Positions 52,044 to 64,000 of a DNA stretch of 64,000 nt are shown here, in pieces. This stretch comes from a virus. Positions within the stretch are counted from its first letter, which is position 1. Each line of letters opens with the position of its first letter. The notes under the pieces are model-generated. The model was not told where the DNA came from. It made no database searches and was given only the letters and a program-made list of their open reading frames with translations. The stretch lies in the IMG/VR virus record IMGVR_UViG_3300028025_000097. One strand, given 5' to 3'. The translations under genes were made by a program, and so were the position numbers.

Positions 52044-53603
52044 CTATTTATTTGTTGGTTTAGCGCCGTTTTCTATTGCTTGTTGTTGCGCCGCCGCGTC
52101 TTCAGGTGACACTATAATACCTTGTTCAGTTTCGCCTTCTATCTGAGTATTGATCTCTTCAATATCTTCATCGGTTTGACGAAGTACATTTTTTCGAACC
52201 CATTCGGATGAATAGTATTTACCAACATATGCATCAACTAAATTAAGCGCATTTAGACGATCGTTAAGCACTTCAAGATCTTTAAGTTCAGAATAATGAT
52301 TATCTTTAGCAAAATTAAATCTAATATTATCACTAAGTTGATTCCAATCTTCTGGAGTAATTATCTTCTTTAAGATGAGCTGCTTTTCTAAAGCTTGTAG
52401 GAATAATTGTGAGAAACGAGTCTGAAGACGAGTGATCATCTTAGAGAACTTAACTTCATCTCGTGTAATCTCAGTAGCACGACCTAAATTGTATGTTTGC
52501 TCTGGTTCAATACGATTGATTGGTATGTTCAACGCTTTATATAAGTTACGTTGGAAATACTTAACGTCTTCTAATTGACCTAAGTTTTGACCAGGTGGTA
52601 GAGTTTGGATTTCTGTACCTTTACCGCCTTCACGACGAGGTAGCCAGAAATCCTCTAACATGGTCATGAACTTTCGATCATCACGTACTTCACCTGAAGC
52701 AGAGTCATAAACTACTCTGTTCTTGAATCGAGCCATAATATCACGAAGATACTGTTCAGCTTTCATCTTAGGCAAGTTACCTACATCGATATAGAATATG
52801 CGACGCTCAGGTGCACGAGAAATGCGATAAATCAACGTAGCATCTTCAAGAGTTCTTAATTGATTTAGCGGCTTAATTGCTTTATGCAATGCACCTAAAA
52901 CCAACTGGTTGTTTTTATCAGTTATACCCGATGTTACATGAAGTATAGCATCTGCAGAAATTTTTACGCCAGATGTGCCAGTAGCAGTAGTTGTTTGGGC
53001 AATATTCTGAGCAAATCCTTTTTCATTATAGATGAAGTATTCAGATTGCTTTTGCGTAACGACTATGTTAGAATTAGGTATTGGCTTTCTTTTGACTTCA
53101 CGTACTTTTCGAATCTTACGTGGATCCACATATCTGAATTCTTTGATACCATTTTCTGGTTTGGCATCGTCAATGACCACATGATAGTATAATCTACCAT
53201 CTACATACCAACGTCTAAAGATGTCATAGCTATGCGTATGCATCTCGAACAATTGAAGGATAGATTTAAATTCTTGAATGATGACGTTCTTGATATTATC
53301 AGAAAGATCTGTCTTATCAAGGTTTAGTTCTATGACGTCGACGTCAGTATCGATGATAATAGCTTCATTGACAATATCATCGATAGCTGAGTCAAGTTCT
53401 GCATGTAGAGACATCTCACGATATTTCGTAACGAGTTCAGCTTCGGTACGAGCAGATCCTTCAAGATCTACATAGGTACCATAAGTACCACCCGCTGCCA
53501 CGACCATCGCGCCATCGTCTTGAACAAGAGGAGCAAAAGACTCGTTGTTACTCTTGTCTTCGTCCTTCTTGCGTTTAAATTCGAATCCGAAAAGACTTGC
53601 CAT
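52044..53603 (-). CDS. gp20: portal protein
   Basis: WYVDGR, IYRISRAPERRIFYIDVGNLPK, EDFWLPRREGGKGTEI. Confidence 0.97.
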   Translation of the reverse strand: MASLFGFEFKRKKDEDKSNNESFAPLVQDDGAMVVAAGGTYGTYVDLEGSARTEAELVTKYREMSLHAELDSAIDDIVNEAIIIDTDVDVIELNLDKTDLSDNIKNVIIQEFKSILQLFEMHTHSYDIFRRWYVDGRLYYHVVIDDAKPENGIKEFRYVDPRKIRKVREVKRKPIPNSNIVVTQKQSEYFIYNEKGFAQNIAQTTTATGTSGVKISADAILHVTSGITDKNNQLVLGALHKAIKPLNQLRTLEDATLIYRISRAPERRIFYIDVGNLPKMKAEQYLRDIMARFKNRVVYDSASGEVRDDRKFMTMLEDFWLPRREGGKGTEIQTLPPGQNLGQLEDVKYFQRNLYKALNIPINRIEPEQTYNLGRATEITRDEVKFSKMITRLQTRFSQLFLQALEKQLILKKIITPEDWNQLSDNIRFNFAKDNHYSELKDLEVLNDRLNALNLVDAYVGKYYSSEWVRKNVLRQTDEDIEEINTQIEGETEQGIIVSPEDAAAQQQAIENGAKPTNK

Positions 53604-53620
53604 ATTATATTATCTCACTT

Positions 53621-53647
53621 AAAAACGGGGGAGTGGAAGCTCCCCCG
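53621..53647 (-). terminator. intrinsic terminator after gp19
   Basis: CGGGGGAG-CUUCCA-CUCCCCCG-UUUUU. Confidence 0.85.
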
Positions 53648-53653
53648 ATATTA

Positions 53654-54205
53654 TTAAAGTCCGCCTGCGTTGCCAGTGATTCCACCGGAAACTTCCCAAT
53701 AGTCGACTGCAAAAGTAACTTGGAATCTTTCGATTTCATTTTGTGATGCCCATGAAAGTGGAATATCACTTATTAATATTGGATAGATTCCGTTGTACTG
53801 ATATGTACGAATAGGCACGCCAGTCTTTGAATACTGAACGACCTGAGCTTGTGACTTATAAAGCAAAGGAGAAGCAGAACCAAAAGATCTGATGTTTCCT
53901 TGGAAAGTATTGATCTTATTTGACCATTCTTCCATTGCATTACGAATCAAGAAGTCTTCGTCGTTGATGATCGTCACGTTCCAATCAGCGTATGTGCGAT
54001 CACCCGCGAGTTTAATCATTCTTCCAAAATATGGAACTTGTACCATACCAAGTTCTGCTTGTGGAATACCTGTGGCTTCACACATGAAAGGAACTTTGAT
54101 ATCGGCTACAGAATTTGCTGGATTCTGTATCGTTACTTGAAAGAGCGCTGGGCGCGCTCCATCAAATAACATTTGACTTTTAATTTCATTAATATTAAAG
54201 GCCAT
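53654..54205 (-). CDS. gp19: tail tube protein
   Basis: GARPALF, AGDRTYADW.VTI.NDEDF.IR. Confidence 0.93.
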   Translation of the reverse strand: MAFNINEIKSQMLFDGARPALFQVTIQNPANSVADIKVPFMCEATGIPQAELGMVQVPYFGRMIKLAGDRTYADWNVTIINDEDFLIRNAMEEWSNKINTFQGNIRSFGSASPLLYKSQAQVVQYSKTGVPIRTYQYNGIYPILISDIPLSWASQNEIERFQVTFAVDYWEVSGGITGNAGGL

Positions 54206-54236
54206 GTAAATTCTCCTCGTTAGTTAAACCTATTTA

Positions 54237-56330
54237 TTAGAAATTTCCAACAACTTCGCTAAATTCAACACCAGTTCTAACTGCTACGAAGTTCAACTGA
54301 ATGAAGTTAATGCTGCGGGCGGGTTTAACGTAGATGTCTCCTATAAATTCGTTGCGATCAATAACATCACCTGTATTGTTTGTTTCATCACAAACAACCT
54401 TGAAGTCATAGATGCCGCGACGACCTTGAACGTCTCTTAGGAAAGGTTCAACTAAGTTTCTAAACTGAGCTCTTGTAAAGTCATCATTGAACTCGAATAG
54501 CGTAAACTTTGCAGCTGTTGCAATTGCCTTTTCAAGAACGATGAATAGACGACGAACGTTAATACGATCGAATGCGCTTGGTTTACCAAGAACCGTTTTA
54601 TCGCCAAATAGTACTGTGCCTTGACCCGGGAAAATACAGACTGGATTGACATCGCTCTTATAGAGGATATCACGATCTGCTTTAGCAGGATTATAAGCAA
54701 GCTTGATGATGTTCTTGATCTGACCACGATTGAAGCCAGCTGGCGAGTACCAAGGATCTCGTACGTTATCTGTACGAACAGCGAGACCAGCGATATCGCC
54801 ATTTAATGGAATATAACGATATACGTCATTATATTTGTCATATTGATACTTATAACCAGAATCCATGACAGCATAAGAAGTAGATGTTAGAGCATTACGG
54901 AAACCTACGACGTCTGTGACTTCTGTCTTACCAACGTTATTTACGACGTCATCTTTGTCTGGCGAAATAAAGACTACGCAATCTTTACGCGATTCTGCAA
55001 TATTGTTAATTAGATAATTTGCTAATTGTGCAGTATTTGAAGCTCCGCGAGATTTACCTTGAAGAATCAATGATACATCAATATCTTCGGCTGATTTGAA
55101 TAAATCGTATCCGCGTGTAAGATCACCGATTGCAACAGTACTTTCAGTGGCGCCATCTGAACCAGTTACAAACGATAGAGTTACTGGATTTGAGTTTGTT
55201 GAATTAACTATATTTACGGCAGTATTACCAATAGCACCAGAACGATGATTAATCCACCAGATATAATTTGAATTCTGATTGAGTACTTCTTTATAATATA
55301 GTGTGGCACCATCTTCTGTCTTAGCATCTGTAGCTCTTGAAAGACCTCTAAAGGTTTCAAGAATTGTGCCAGGAACACCAGTAAACTTGCCATCTTCATC
55401 GGCAACTACTACATGAACTTCGTCGACAGCTGAGCTATTACCGAATTTCTTGGTATAAACTGAAGTGCCAGGAGCCTTATCTACTGCGTTATAATATTCC
55501 CAATTTCTTACAATTGTATTTGAATAATAGTTGGTTGAAAGCGTATAGTTAGCATCTAAGTTAAATACTGCAGTTGTATTTCCTGCGGCATATGCTGCGC
55601 TGGCGATACTAGTAATACGAAGACCTTGTGTACCAATCGTAGCATTACCTGCTTGTAGAATAGAGCCTACTATAAATGTATTGCTTATAACTATATCCAA
55701 AGCACCTTGAACTGCTGCTGAGCTATCAGCATTACCCCAAAATCCTGCCGTATTACCTATAAAAACTGTAGCCTGATTGGATCCAACCGTAAATAAAATA
55801 CCGGCATTTGATATCTTAGTACTATCGAGGACTAAACTGCTATTAGATAAAAACATATTTAAATTAGAACCGTATGCATTTACAGAATCGCATACAGAAA
55901 CTTTAAGCGAATTACCAAGGGCTCCAGGATATTTTGCAGCGTATAGTACATCTGTATCTGGGTTAGATAACAGATCGTAATCGTCATCATTCTTGATAAG
56001 AATTGTATTTGCATAAGCACCAGTATTTGCTACAGCAGTAAGGACACCTGTAACGCCAGTAGTGTCAGTAGTGTTAGCAGCACGACTTACATAAAGCTTA
56101 TTGCCATATGCAAGGAAGTTTGCAGCTGTAAAAAATGTTTCTGGATTAGTGCTGTCTGGCTTGCCGAAGCGAGCAGCAAGCTTGTCTTCTGAATCTACAA
56201 GGATGGCTTTACCGATTGGACCCCAACGGAAAACGCCGGCAATCGCACCTTCTGTGGTGGATACCGCAGGAACTATAGTGGTTAAGTCAATTTCAGATAC
56301 ATTGACTCCAGGGCTGACTTGAAATGGCAT
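54237..56330 (-). CDS. gp18: tail sheath protein
   Basis: SPGVNVSEIDLT, PWYSPAG.NRG, FDRINVRRLF, KPARSINFI.LNF. Confidence 0.96.
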   Translation of the reverse strand: MPFQVSPGVNVSEIDLTTIVPAVSTTEGAIAGVFRWGPIGKAILVDSEDKLAARFGKPDSTNPETFFTAANFLAYGNKLYVSRAANTTDTTGVTGVLTAVANTGAYANTILIKNDDDYDLLSNPDTDVLYAAKYPGALGNSLKVSVCDSVNAYGSNLNMFLSNSSLVLDSTKISNAGILFTVGSNQATVFIGNTAGFWGNADSSAAVQGALDIVISNTFIVGSILQAGNATIGTQGLRITSIASAAYAAGNTTAVFNLDANYTLSTNYYSNTIVRNWEYYNAVDKAPGTSVYTKKFGNSSAVDEVHVVVADEDGKFTGVPGTILETFRGLSRATDAKTEDGATLYYKEVLNQNSNYIWWINHRSGAIGNTAVNIVNSTNSNPVTLSFVTGSDGATESTVAIGDLTRGYDLFKSAEDIDVSLILQGKSRGASNTAQLANYLINNIAESRKDCVVFISPDKDDVVNNVGKTEVTDVVGFRNALTSTSYAVMDSGYKYQYDKYNDVYRYIPLNGDIAGLAVRTDNVRDPWYSPAGFNRGQIKNIIKLAYNPAKADRDILYKSDVNPVCIFPGQGTVLFGDKTVLGKPSAFDRINVRRLFIVLEKAIATAAKFTLFEFNDDFTRAQFRNLVEPFLRDVQGRRGIYDFKVVCDETNNTGDVIDRNEFIGDIYVKPARSINFIQLNFVAVRTGVEFSEVVGNF

Positions 56331-56404
56331 GGTTTATTCTCCCTTACGAAAACGTTTAGCAGATTTATGTGTATATGCTATGTTCTATTTATTATTTTAT
56401 GTTT

Positions 56405-58396
<1,992 letters not shown>

Positions 58397-58400
<4 letters not shown>

Positions 58401-59233
58401 GTTATTGTATCCGATATCCCATCAAAATCTATTATGTATCCATAGTTATCATCGGCATCTATCAAAGAAATATCTACACTTGCCGATGCATTTGCAGTAG
58501 GAGAGCCATTTGCTAGTAGACCGGGAGTTATGGTTATTCTTTCAGAGATAGGAGTTCCTACAGCTTCATCTGCTGAAGTATCACCAGGTGGAACATATAG
58601 GTTAGTGTAGGTTCTCTTGATAACTCCGCTCTTTCTGATTGGTCCAAATAACTGAGCTTTCAGCGTAAATCCCAATGAATATACTATAGCACGACGATTT
58701 ATAAAATCACCTTCATAAGTATCTTGTAAACTCGTAGTGTTTAATATAACCGGAACATCTACTTTCAAACCTAAATCAGGAATCATATTTAATGTCATAG
58801 TCCATTGCGGCGTAAAATATGGTAATATCTGTTCTACGATTCGCGTAGCATCATCATTAGTCTTCGCCATAATATCAAGAGTTATACCTAAATTATATGG
58901 CACGGGTTGGTATTGGTATAATAATTGAGATGTATTAGATGAACTCTGTTTTACATTTCTATTTAACGTATTAAGCTTGCGTTCTGGATCATATGAAATG
59001 TTGACGAGTTCAAAAGCCATGCGAGGAAGCACCATAGCAAATGGACGCGTTAAATCTGGATCGCCTTCTGATCTCGCTAGAAACTTTTCTTTTGGGCCAT
59101 AAGACAATGGCACCTTCATCGTTTGAATAGTTTCATTACTTGAATTTACGCGATTAATGTGAATATCATTAAAAAGCGTGCCAAAAGCAACTATGTACTT
59201 TTTTATAGCGCCATGATAGAATGTATTAAACAT
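58397..59233 (-). CDS. gp15: tail sheath stabilizer/terminator
   Basis: FGTLFNDI, VPLSYGPKEKF, LPRMAFE, EQILPYF.P. Confidence 0.92.
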
Positions 59234-59234
59234 C

Positions 59235-59963
59235 TTAATAATTTCCTTCTGAGAATGGATTTGCCTCAGAGAAATCTAATATATTATCAGCTTCTGTTTC
59301 AACCTCAGTATTATCTTCAAAAGAATCTCCGACCTGAGTAACGAAGTTAAATTGTTCTTGAACAAGATCATATCCATCTTCATCCTGAAGAACATATGAA
59401 TCTTCTGTAAGCATACGATAATTAGAGAAGTCAAACGAATATTGCTCTTCTTTAGAATCAATTTCTGGAATACCAGTATTAAGTTTTTCGTTTGAGTATT
59501 CCCAAAGTTCACATACCAAATCAAACGTTTGTAGAGAACCTAGTTGATAGAATATAGCTTCATGTTCAACGAATTTAATTATAAAGATTTTTTTATTTAA
59601 TGGCAAATAGATAATATCGCCTTCTCGAGGTCTGGCTAATTCATCTACATTACCAATCTCATCAAAGAAAGTTCTACGAGCTATTGTAAACGTTATCTGA
59701 TCTCTGATTTGAAGATTAAACTTAGATAAGAAATCGCCTTCTCCTTGAAATCCAGACACATCTTTGATGTACATATCAATAAAAAACGATTGATTATATT
59801 CTGGTACGCTGTCTTCACCATCAATCTCGTCTTTATTTTTCAACTGCCTTGGAATATAATACACGTCATGTCCATATATTTGTATGGATTCAATGATAAG
59901 ATTCTCGATCAAGTTCTGTTCCATAGAACTTGTGAAGTTATTGAAGAATACTGAAGTTGCCAT
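59235..59963 (-). CDS. gp14: neck protein
   Basis: ESIQIYG.DVYYIPR, RPREGD.IY, FYQLG, DFSE.NPF. Confidence 0.92.
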   Translation of the reverse strand: MATSVFFNNFTSSMEQNLIENLIIESIQIYGHDVYYIPRQLKNKDEIDGEDSVPEYNQSFFIDMYIKDVSGFQGEGDFLSKFNLQIRDQITFTIARRTFFDEIGNVDELARPREGDIIYLPLNKKIFIIKFVEHEAIFYQLGSLQTFDLVCELWEYSNEKLNTGIPEIDSKEEQYSFDFSNYRMLTEDSYVLQDEDGYDLVQEQFNFVTQVGDSFEDNTEVETEADNILDFSEANPFSEGNY

Positions 59964-59991
59964 TAGATTATATTTTTCTTTATTGGGGTAA

Positions 59992-60732
59992 CTAACCTAC
60001 CATATCCATAACGGGTAATGAATAACTGCTAATCATCTTATCTTCTAAGTCTGTAATTTCAGCAACAGCATCATTATAAATCTTTTCACCATTAAACGTT
60101 AATCCACCGGGAAGCTGCATACCAGTAAACTTAGTTAGATTAGAACCCCATTGACGTTTAATCAGAGCGGTTGCATATCTCATTAGCCATTGATCTTTCC
60201 AGACGTCAACATATTCATTTGGATCTATGATCTGATAAGCTTCAACAAGTAGATATTCATTTGAGAGTGAGTTCCAATCCATGTCGATATACAATCGATT
60301 CATGTGGCGATTGTAACGAAGAAGTTGCTTACCTACTAACATTTCAGAAATCAGCGAAAGATGCTCCATGACCATGTAATAAGGAACCATCGATACAGAT
60401 GTAAGCGTATATAGATCGTTTAATGCAATCTGATAACGAATATTAAAGAGGTCATCGGAACGAATAGATGGATCGGCAATATTGAAAAGATTCACTGCTC
60501 CGATTACATTGTCTGGAACTGTAATATACTTATTAGTCTTATCAGTATCTGTGACTAAATGCTTATAATAGATCTTCTCTGTGCCATCAAAATGATAGTC
60601 CCAATAATAACGAAGAGCATCATCAACACGATCTTCTACCTGATCTTCATCGACGTTGATTTCGATGACAGGTTTGCCTAGTCGTCTTAGACAATATTCT
60701 TTAAATGCAGCACGAGTAGTTGGAACAGCCAT
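59992..60732 (-). CDS. gp13: neck protein
   Basis: YCLRRLG.PVIEINV, K.QWG.NL.KF.G.QLPGG. Confidence 0.92.
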   Translation of the reverse strand: MAVPTTRAAFKEYCLRRLGKPVIEINVDEDQVEDRVDDALRYYWDYHFDGTEKIYYKHLVTDTDKTNKYITVPDNVIGAVNLFNIADPSIRSDDLFNIRYQIALNDLYTLTSVSMVPYYMVMEHLSLISEMLVGKQLLRYNRHMNRLYIDMDWNSLSNEYLLVEAYQIIDPNEYVDVWKDQWLMRYATALIKRQWGSNLTKFTGMQLPGGLTFNGEKIYNDAVAEITDLEDKMISSYSLPVMDMVG

Positions 60733-60768
60733 ACATTTCTCCGAGATTTATAGAATATTTATGTAGCG

Positions 60769-61098
60769 TTATCGAGTTACTTCTGGAGTAACCGTGACTA
60801 TTCCTTCTTGGACTCTTGTTACTATCGCAGCATTACTCGTGATCTCACAATCATAAACATATCTGCCATATGAAATATTGGCAGTAGCATTAGCAGAAAG
60901 AGAAAGCGTCACAGTACCAGAATTGGCAACTGTGACCACAAACGATGTAGAGTTTGTAGATGAGTAGTGTCTACGCATCTGAGCAGCACCAGTGTAATTG
61001 GTCAAATTCATAACATCACCGTTTGAATCTTTAACTGTGATGGTGTTACTGAATGTAGCGCCTTGATCTATAACTAGGTTTGCTTTTGTCGATGCCAT
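60769..61098 (-). CDS. virion structural protein (Ig-like, tail-fibre associated)
   Basis: NLVIDQGATF, GRYVYD, RVQEG.VTVTPEVT; late promoter at 61133-61140. Confidence 0.7.
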   Translation of the reverse strand: MASTKANLVIDQGATFSNTITVKDSNGDVMNLTNYTGAAQMRRHYSSTNSTSFVVTVANSGTVTLSLSANATANISYGRYVYDCEITSNAAIVTRVQEGIVTVTPEVTR

Positions 61099-61124
61099 AT
61101 TTAATCCAGAAAGTTTGGTTTCTT

Positions 61125-61826
61125 CTATTTATTATTTATAGAGTACCAGTTTCTATCTAATTTAGTATCAGCATTTACTATTGGAAAACTAAGAGAGATT
61201 CTTTTTTTAAGTGGAAAGCATTCATGATACTGATGTTTAGGTACATAGATCATATCACCCGGACCTATTTCACATTCAAACTGCACATCTAAATCCTTGC
61301 CATTCACATTGTATTCAAAGTTACAATCTTTGGCGTGCTGTTTATAGACTTTCCAATGACACTTACCGGTTTGATGTAGAATTATGTTATCGGCATTATC
61401 ATAATGTGCTTTGAATGATTTGCTTTTCTTTAATCCACAGTAGGCATGTACATCTACCGCCGTTTGTGGCATGATAGTTTCTATCATGGAACATATATCA
61501 TTCACTCTTTTAGTTATCTTAGATGCACCAAGAATGACCAAACTTTGACCAGCATTGATTTGTTCAAATACAAATTGTGGATCTGGTCTTGGAGTAGATG
61601 ACCATGTTGAAGTAAAAAGAGGAATGAATATTTTTGATTGAGTCTTCCTATCGATCAGCTCAACGCATTCTGGAGTGATGCGATAGGTATCATTTAAAAT
61701 TTGTTCAATATGTGTCCAATCAACTAATGTGTTGTCTAGAACACGCTCAGAATAAAATGCTTGGTCACTTTCATCTTTAATTTTCTTGATTAGAGCATCA
61801 AGAAAAACAAATTCTCTATAATTCAT
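61125..61826 (-). CDS. JmjC/cupin-4 family oxygenase
   Basis: SFKAHYD, G..HWKVY, PGDMIYVPK..YH. Confidence 0.8.
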   Translation of the reverse strand: MNYREFVFLDALIKKIKDESDQAFYSERVLDNTLVDWTHIEQILNDTYRITPECVELIDRKTQSKIFIPLFTSTWSSTPRPDPQFVFEQINAGQSLVILGASKITKRVNDICSMIETIMPQTAVDVHAYCGLKKSKSFKAHYDNADNIILHQTGKCHWKVYKQHAKDCNFEYNVNGKDLDVQFECEIGPGDMIYVPKHQYHECFPLKKRISLSFPIVNADTKLDRNWYSINNK

Positions 61827-61832
61827 AATAAT

Positions 61833-62441
61833 TTATTTTAAAAATGCTATTACAGCGTCTTTCTCTATAGCTTCTATTGTTATTTCTTTGTCTGAAGATG
61901 CCACTAACCATTCATTACTATTTTTAATTTTTCCATTGATGCTAATAGAACCATCTGCAACATAAAAATGACTGTCTTTTGTAACATTAAATTTATAAGG
62001 TTTATTTGGTGTCAATAAACTTGAGTCATATACATTAGGATAAGGCCATTCATTGACTTCGTTTAAATGTTGTGTGAATTCTGGACCAAATTTAGTTACT
62101 TGATGAAAACAGAGATAAGAACTACCTTCTTCTAACGCAGTATACTTGTAAGGGTGGTCTTTACTATATGGAGTAACTCTATCTTGTAAATAGAATATTT
62201 CTCTTTTAGAAAAATCACCCACATCTGCATGGTGCTTATCACCTTTTCTCAAGATTAGACCATCTAATGAATTTCCAGATACTTCTGGATATAGATATTC
62301 TACTAAAAAAGATCCTTTAATAATAACCAAACCTAACCAATAATGAAAAACTTCAAACGGAATTATTACACAACTACTATTAAGAGGGTAAATGGTTTTT
62401 TGTGTATGCGGTAAGAATTTCATATTAGATTGGATCTGCAT
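61833..62441 (-). CDS. hypothetical cupin-like protein
   Basis: Beta-rich; YVADGSISING. Confidence 0.55.
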   Translation of the reverse strand: MQIQSNMKFLPHTQKTIYPLNSSCVIIPFEVFHYWLGLVIIKGSFLVEYLYPEVSGNSLDGLILRKGDKHHADVGDFSKREIFYLQDRVTPYSKDHPYKYTALEEGSSYLCFHQVTKFGPEFTQHLNEVNEWPYPNVYDSSLLTPNKPYKFNVTKDSHFYVADGSISINGKIKNSNEWLVASSDKEITIEAIEKDAVIAFLK

Positions 62442-62730
62442 CTATATTTTTAATCAAATGCCCATCTAAATTTAAAGTATCTTCAGAACTGACTGTTCCA
62501 GTCATATTAAAAAGCTCTGTTTTTATTCCAGATGAAATTGGAGAACACATCCATATATGCGTGTAATTGAGTGCATCATCATTAAGCCTTTTTACTAGAA
62601 CATCTTTATCTCCAGACCAAGGATATGTTACAGTATTTTCTCTGTTATTTTGATTTGTAAATTTAACTGTGATATCGCCTGTAATATCATTTACATCAAG
62701 TATTTGCCAAGTAACCGCTACAGTATCCAT
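62425..62730 (-). CDS. hypothetical protein (paralog of 62741..63037)
   Basis: VTW.I..V....GDI.VKFT...Y.W..DKD.....N.DA. Confidence 0.65.
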   Translation of the reverse strand: MDTVAVTWQILDVNDITGDITVKFTNQNNRENTVTYPWSGDKDVLVKRLNDDALNYTHIWMCSPISSGIKTELFNMTGTVSSEDTLNLDGHLIKNIDADPI

Positions 62731-62740
62731 TCAAACTCCT

Positions 62741-63037
62741 TTAATTAGTGGGATAAATCAATTGTGATGTATCATTTGTTTGATTATTTAATTCGCCATG
62801 TTCTGAAGATCCAGAAGAGTTAAGTAACTGCAATTTTGTTGATAAAAGAATCGAATTAAGTCTATTCCAATCTCTTGCAAAATGAATGGCATCATTATTT
62901 ATTGTCTGAATAAAAATATCTTTATCGTTATTCCACTTATATACTCGTTTACGAATATTTACACCATCTGTAAATTTAACAACGATATCACCTTGTTGTT
63001 GGTCAACTTTCGTTATTGTCCAAGTTACTTCTTTCAT
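62741..63037 (-). CDS. hypothetical protein (paralog of 62425..62730)
   Basis: Same pattern as its neighbour. Confidence 0.65.
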   Translation of the reverse strand: MKEVTWTITKVDQQQGDIVVKFTDGVNIRKRVYKWNNDKDIFIQTINNDAIHFARDWNRLNSILLSTKLQLLNSSGSSEHGELNNQTNDTSQLIYPTN

Positions 63038-63630
63038 TTAAATCTTGGTCCTGATATCCATACAACAAGCGTTCTTCTTGTTCCATGTGTTATTGGTGAT
63101 ACTCTATGCATAACATATGATGGAAATGCGTAGATCAAGCCTTTTTGTTTCTTACAAATCTCTGGAGTAGTTCCAGTCATAAGTTCTAAATCGCCACCTT
63201 CATATTCAGTAGGATCTGATAATTGTAAAACTAATGATAATTTTCTAGGAGCATTATCATTTGGTCCTTGATCCATATGCCAATCATAATGTTGTTTCTT
63301 ATTCGATTTCTTGTTATATTTATATGTGGTGTATTGAAAAGACTCACCAAAACCCCATAAATCTAACCCAAAAAATTTTCCATTTAACTGTCTAGCTATA
63401 TGCTGCAATTTATCAGCTAACCATCCTTCAGATTCTATCCATGAAATTGTAGAATTTCTGATATTTTCATTCATTTCACCTACACCAGTTCCTACATAAG
63501 CTGATTTAGGTTGTTGTCGTTCTCCCATATCGCATATAGCCGCAATCTCTTCATCGGTAAAACCATTTTCCCACCATGCAAATTGACAACAATTATATGC
63601 TAGATCTGGAGAGGGTAGAAACATTTTCAT
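63034..63630 (-). CDS. 2OG-Fe(II) oxygenase (prolyl-4-hydroxylase-like)
   Basis: YDWHMD, RKLSLVLQL..P.EYEGG, FPSYVMHRVSP...G.R. Confidence 0.88.
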   Translation of the reverse strand: MKMFLPSPDLAYNCCQFAWWENGFTDEEIAAICDMGERQQPKSAYVGTGVGEMNENIRNSTISWIESEGWLADKLQHIARQLNGKFFGLDLWGFGESFQYTTYKYNKKSNKKQHYDWHMDQGPNDNAPRKLSLVLQLSDPTEYEGGDLELMTGTTPEICKKQKGLIYAFPSYVMHRVSPITHGTRRTLVVWISGPRFK

Positions 63631-64000
63631 TTTCTTACCCACAATTCATCACGGTATAAACTTTCTTTTGTTTTCTTTTTTGCTCGTGTTTTTACTAAAA
63701 CTTCGAGTTCTTTATCAGTAAACGCATGATGATCATCTTTCATTTCAAAAGATTTTCTATGAATTGGTATAGCTTGAACTAAAGGTGTTCCTGCTGGTAG
63801 TATACCTTCAAAATTTGGCTTATTCCAAAAGAAAGGGAAGTTAATAAATTCTTCATATTTATCACAATCCACTAATCCTGACATACAAGTAAATCGTGGA
63901 TCTTGACGATTCAGCGGAGGAACAAAAAGAATAGACCAATCATCTGGTACTTTTATAGACCAGTAATTCATAAATTTAGTGGCAGGTTTAGGAAATGATG
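63627..64000 (-). CDS. hypothetical protein (DUF6065-like), 5' end beyond window
   Basis: Frame open to the edge; WSILF.PP.N, G.VD.D, INFPF, GTPL.Q.IP. Confidence 0.6.
   Translation of the reverse strand, partial: SFPKPATKFMNYWSIKVPDDWSILFVPPLNRQDPRFTCMSGLVDCDKYEEFINFPFFWNKPNFEGILPAGTPLVQAIPIHRKSFEMKDDHHAFTDKELEVLVKTRAKKKTKESLYRDELWVRK

Overview
A 64-kb segment of a large T4-like myovirus genome, probably infecting a Gram-negative (proteobacterial) host, with almost all genes on the minus strand. Left to right: (1) 1-11.3 kb, an early/accessory region of small ORFs driven by about 11 near-identical sigma70-type promoter cassettes. It includes a AAA ATPase, a paralog array, a DUF932 gene followed directly by a canonical hammerhead ribozyme and further structured RNA, and putative internal head proteins. 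(2) 11.4-17.3 kb, a plus-strand operon behind a late promoter: two holin-like membrane proteins, CsgF, CsgG, a curlin-repeat-like protein, a FecR-domain protein and a CHASE2 adenylate cyclase. (3) 17.3-22 kb, heptose/LPS-type genes, tRNA-Trp and tRNA-Asn. (4) 22-31 kb, the replication module (gp41, UvsX, gp43, Hsp20, RegA, gp62/44/45) with an inverted GH19 endolysin. (5) 31-39 kb, a DNA-modification cluster pairing a T4-gp42-type dCMP hydroxymethylase with two aGPT-Pplase-like amino-acid:DNA transferases, a PLP enzyme and an SGNH-like protein, a candidate new cytosine hypermodification pathway. (6) 39-46 kb, PDF, gp46/47, gp55, UvsW/Y. (7) 46-61 kb, the T4-like head/neck/tail module (gp3, 23, 22, 21, 20, 19, 18, 17, 16, 15, 14, 13). 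(8) 61-64 kb, a cluster of Fe/2OG oxygenases and cupins. All protein calls come from motif recognition by eye; no database searches were run.
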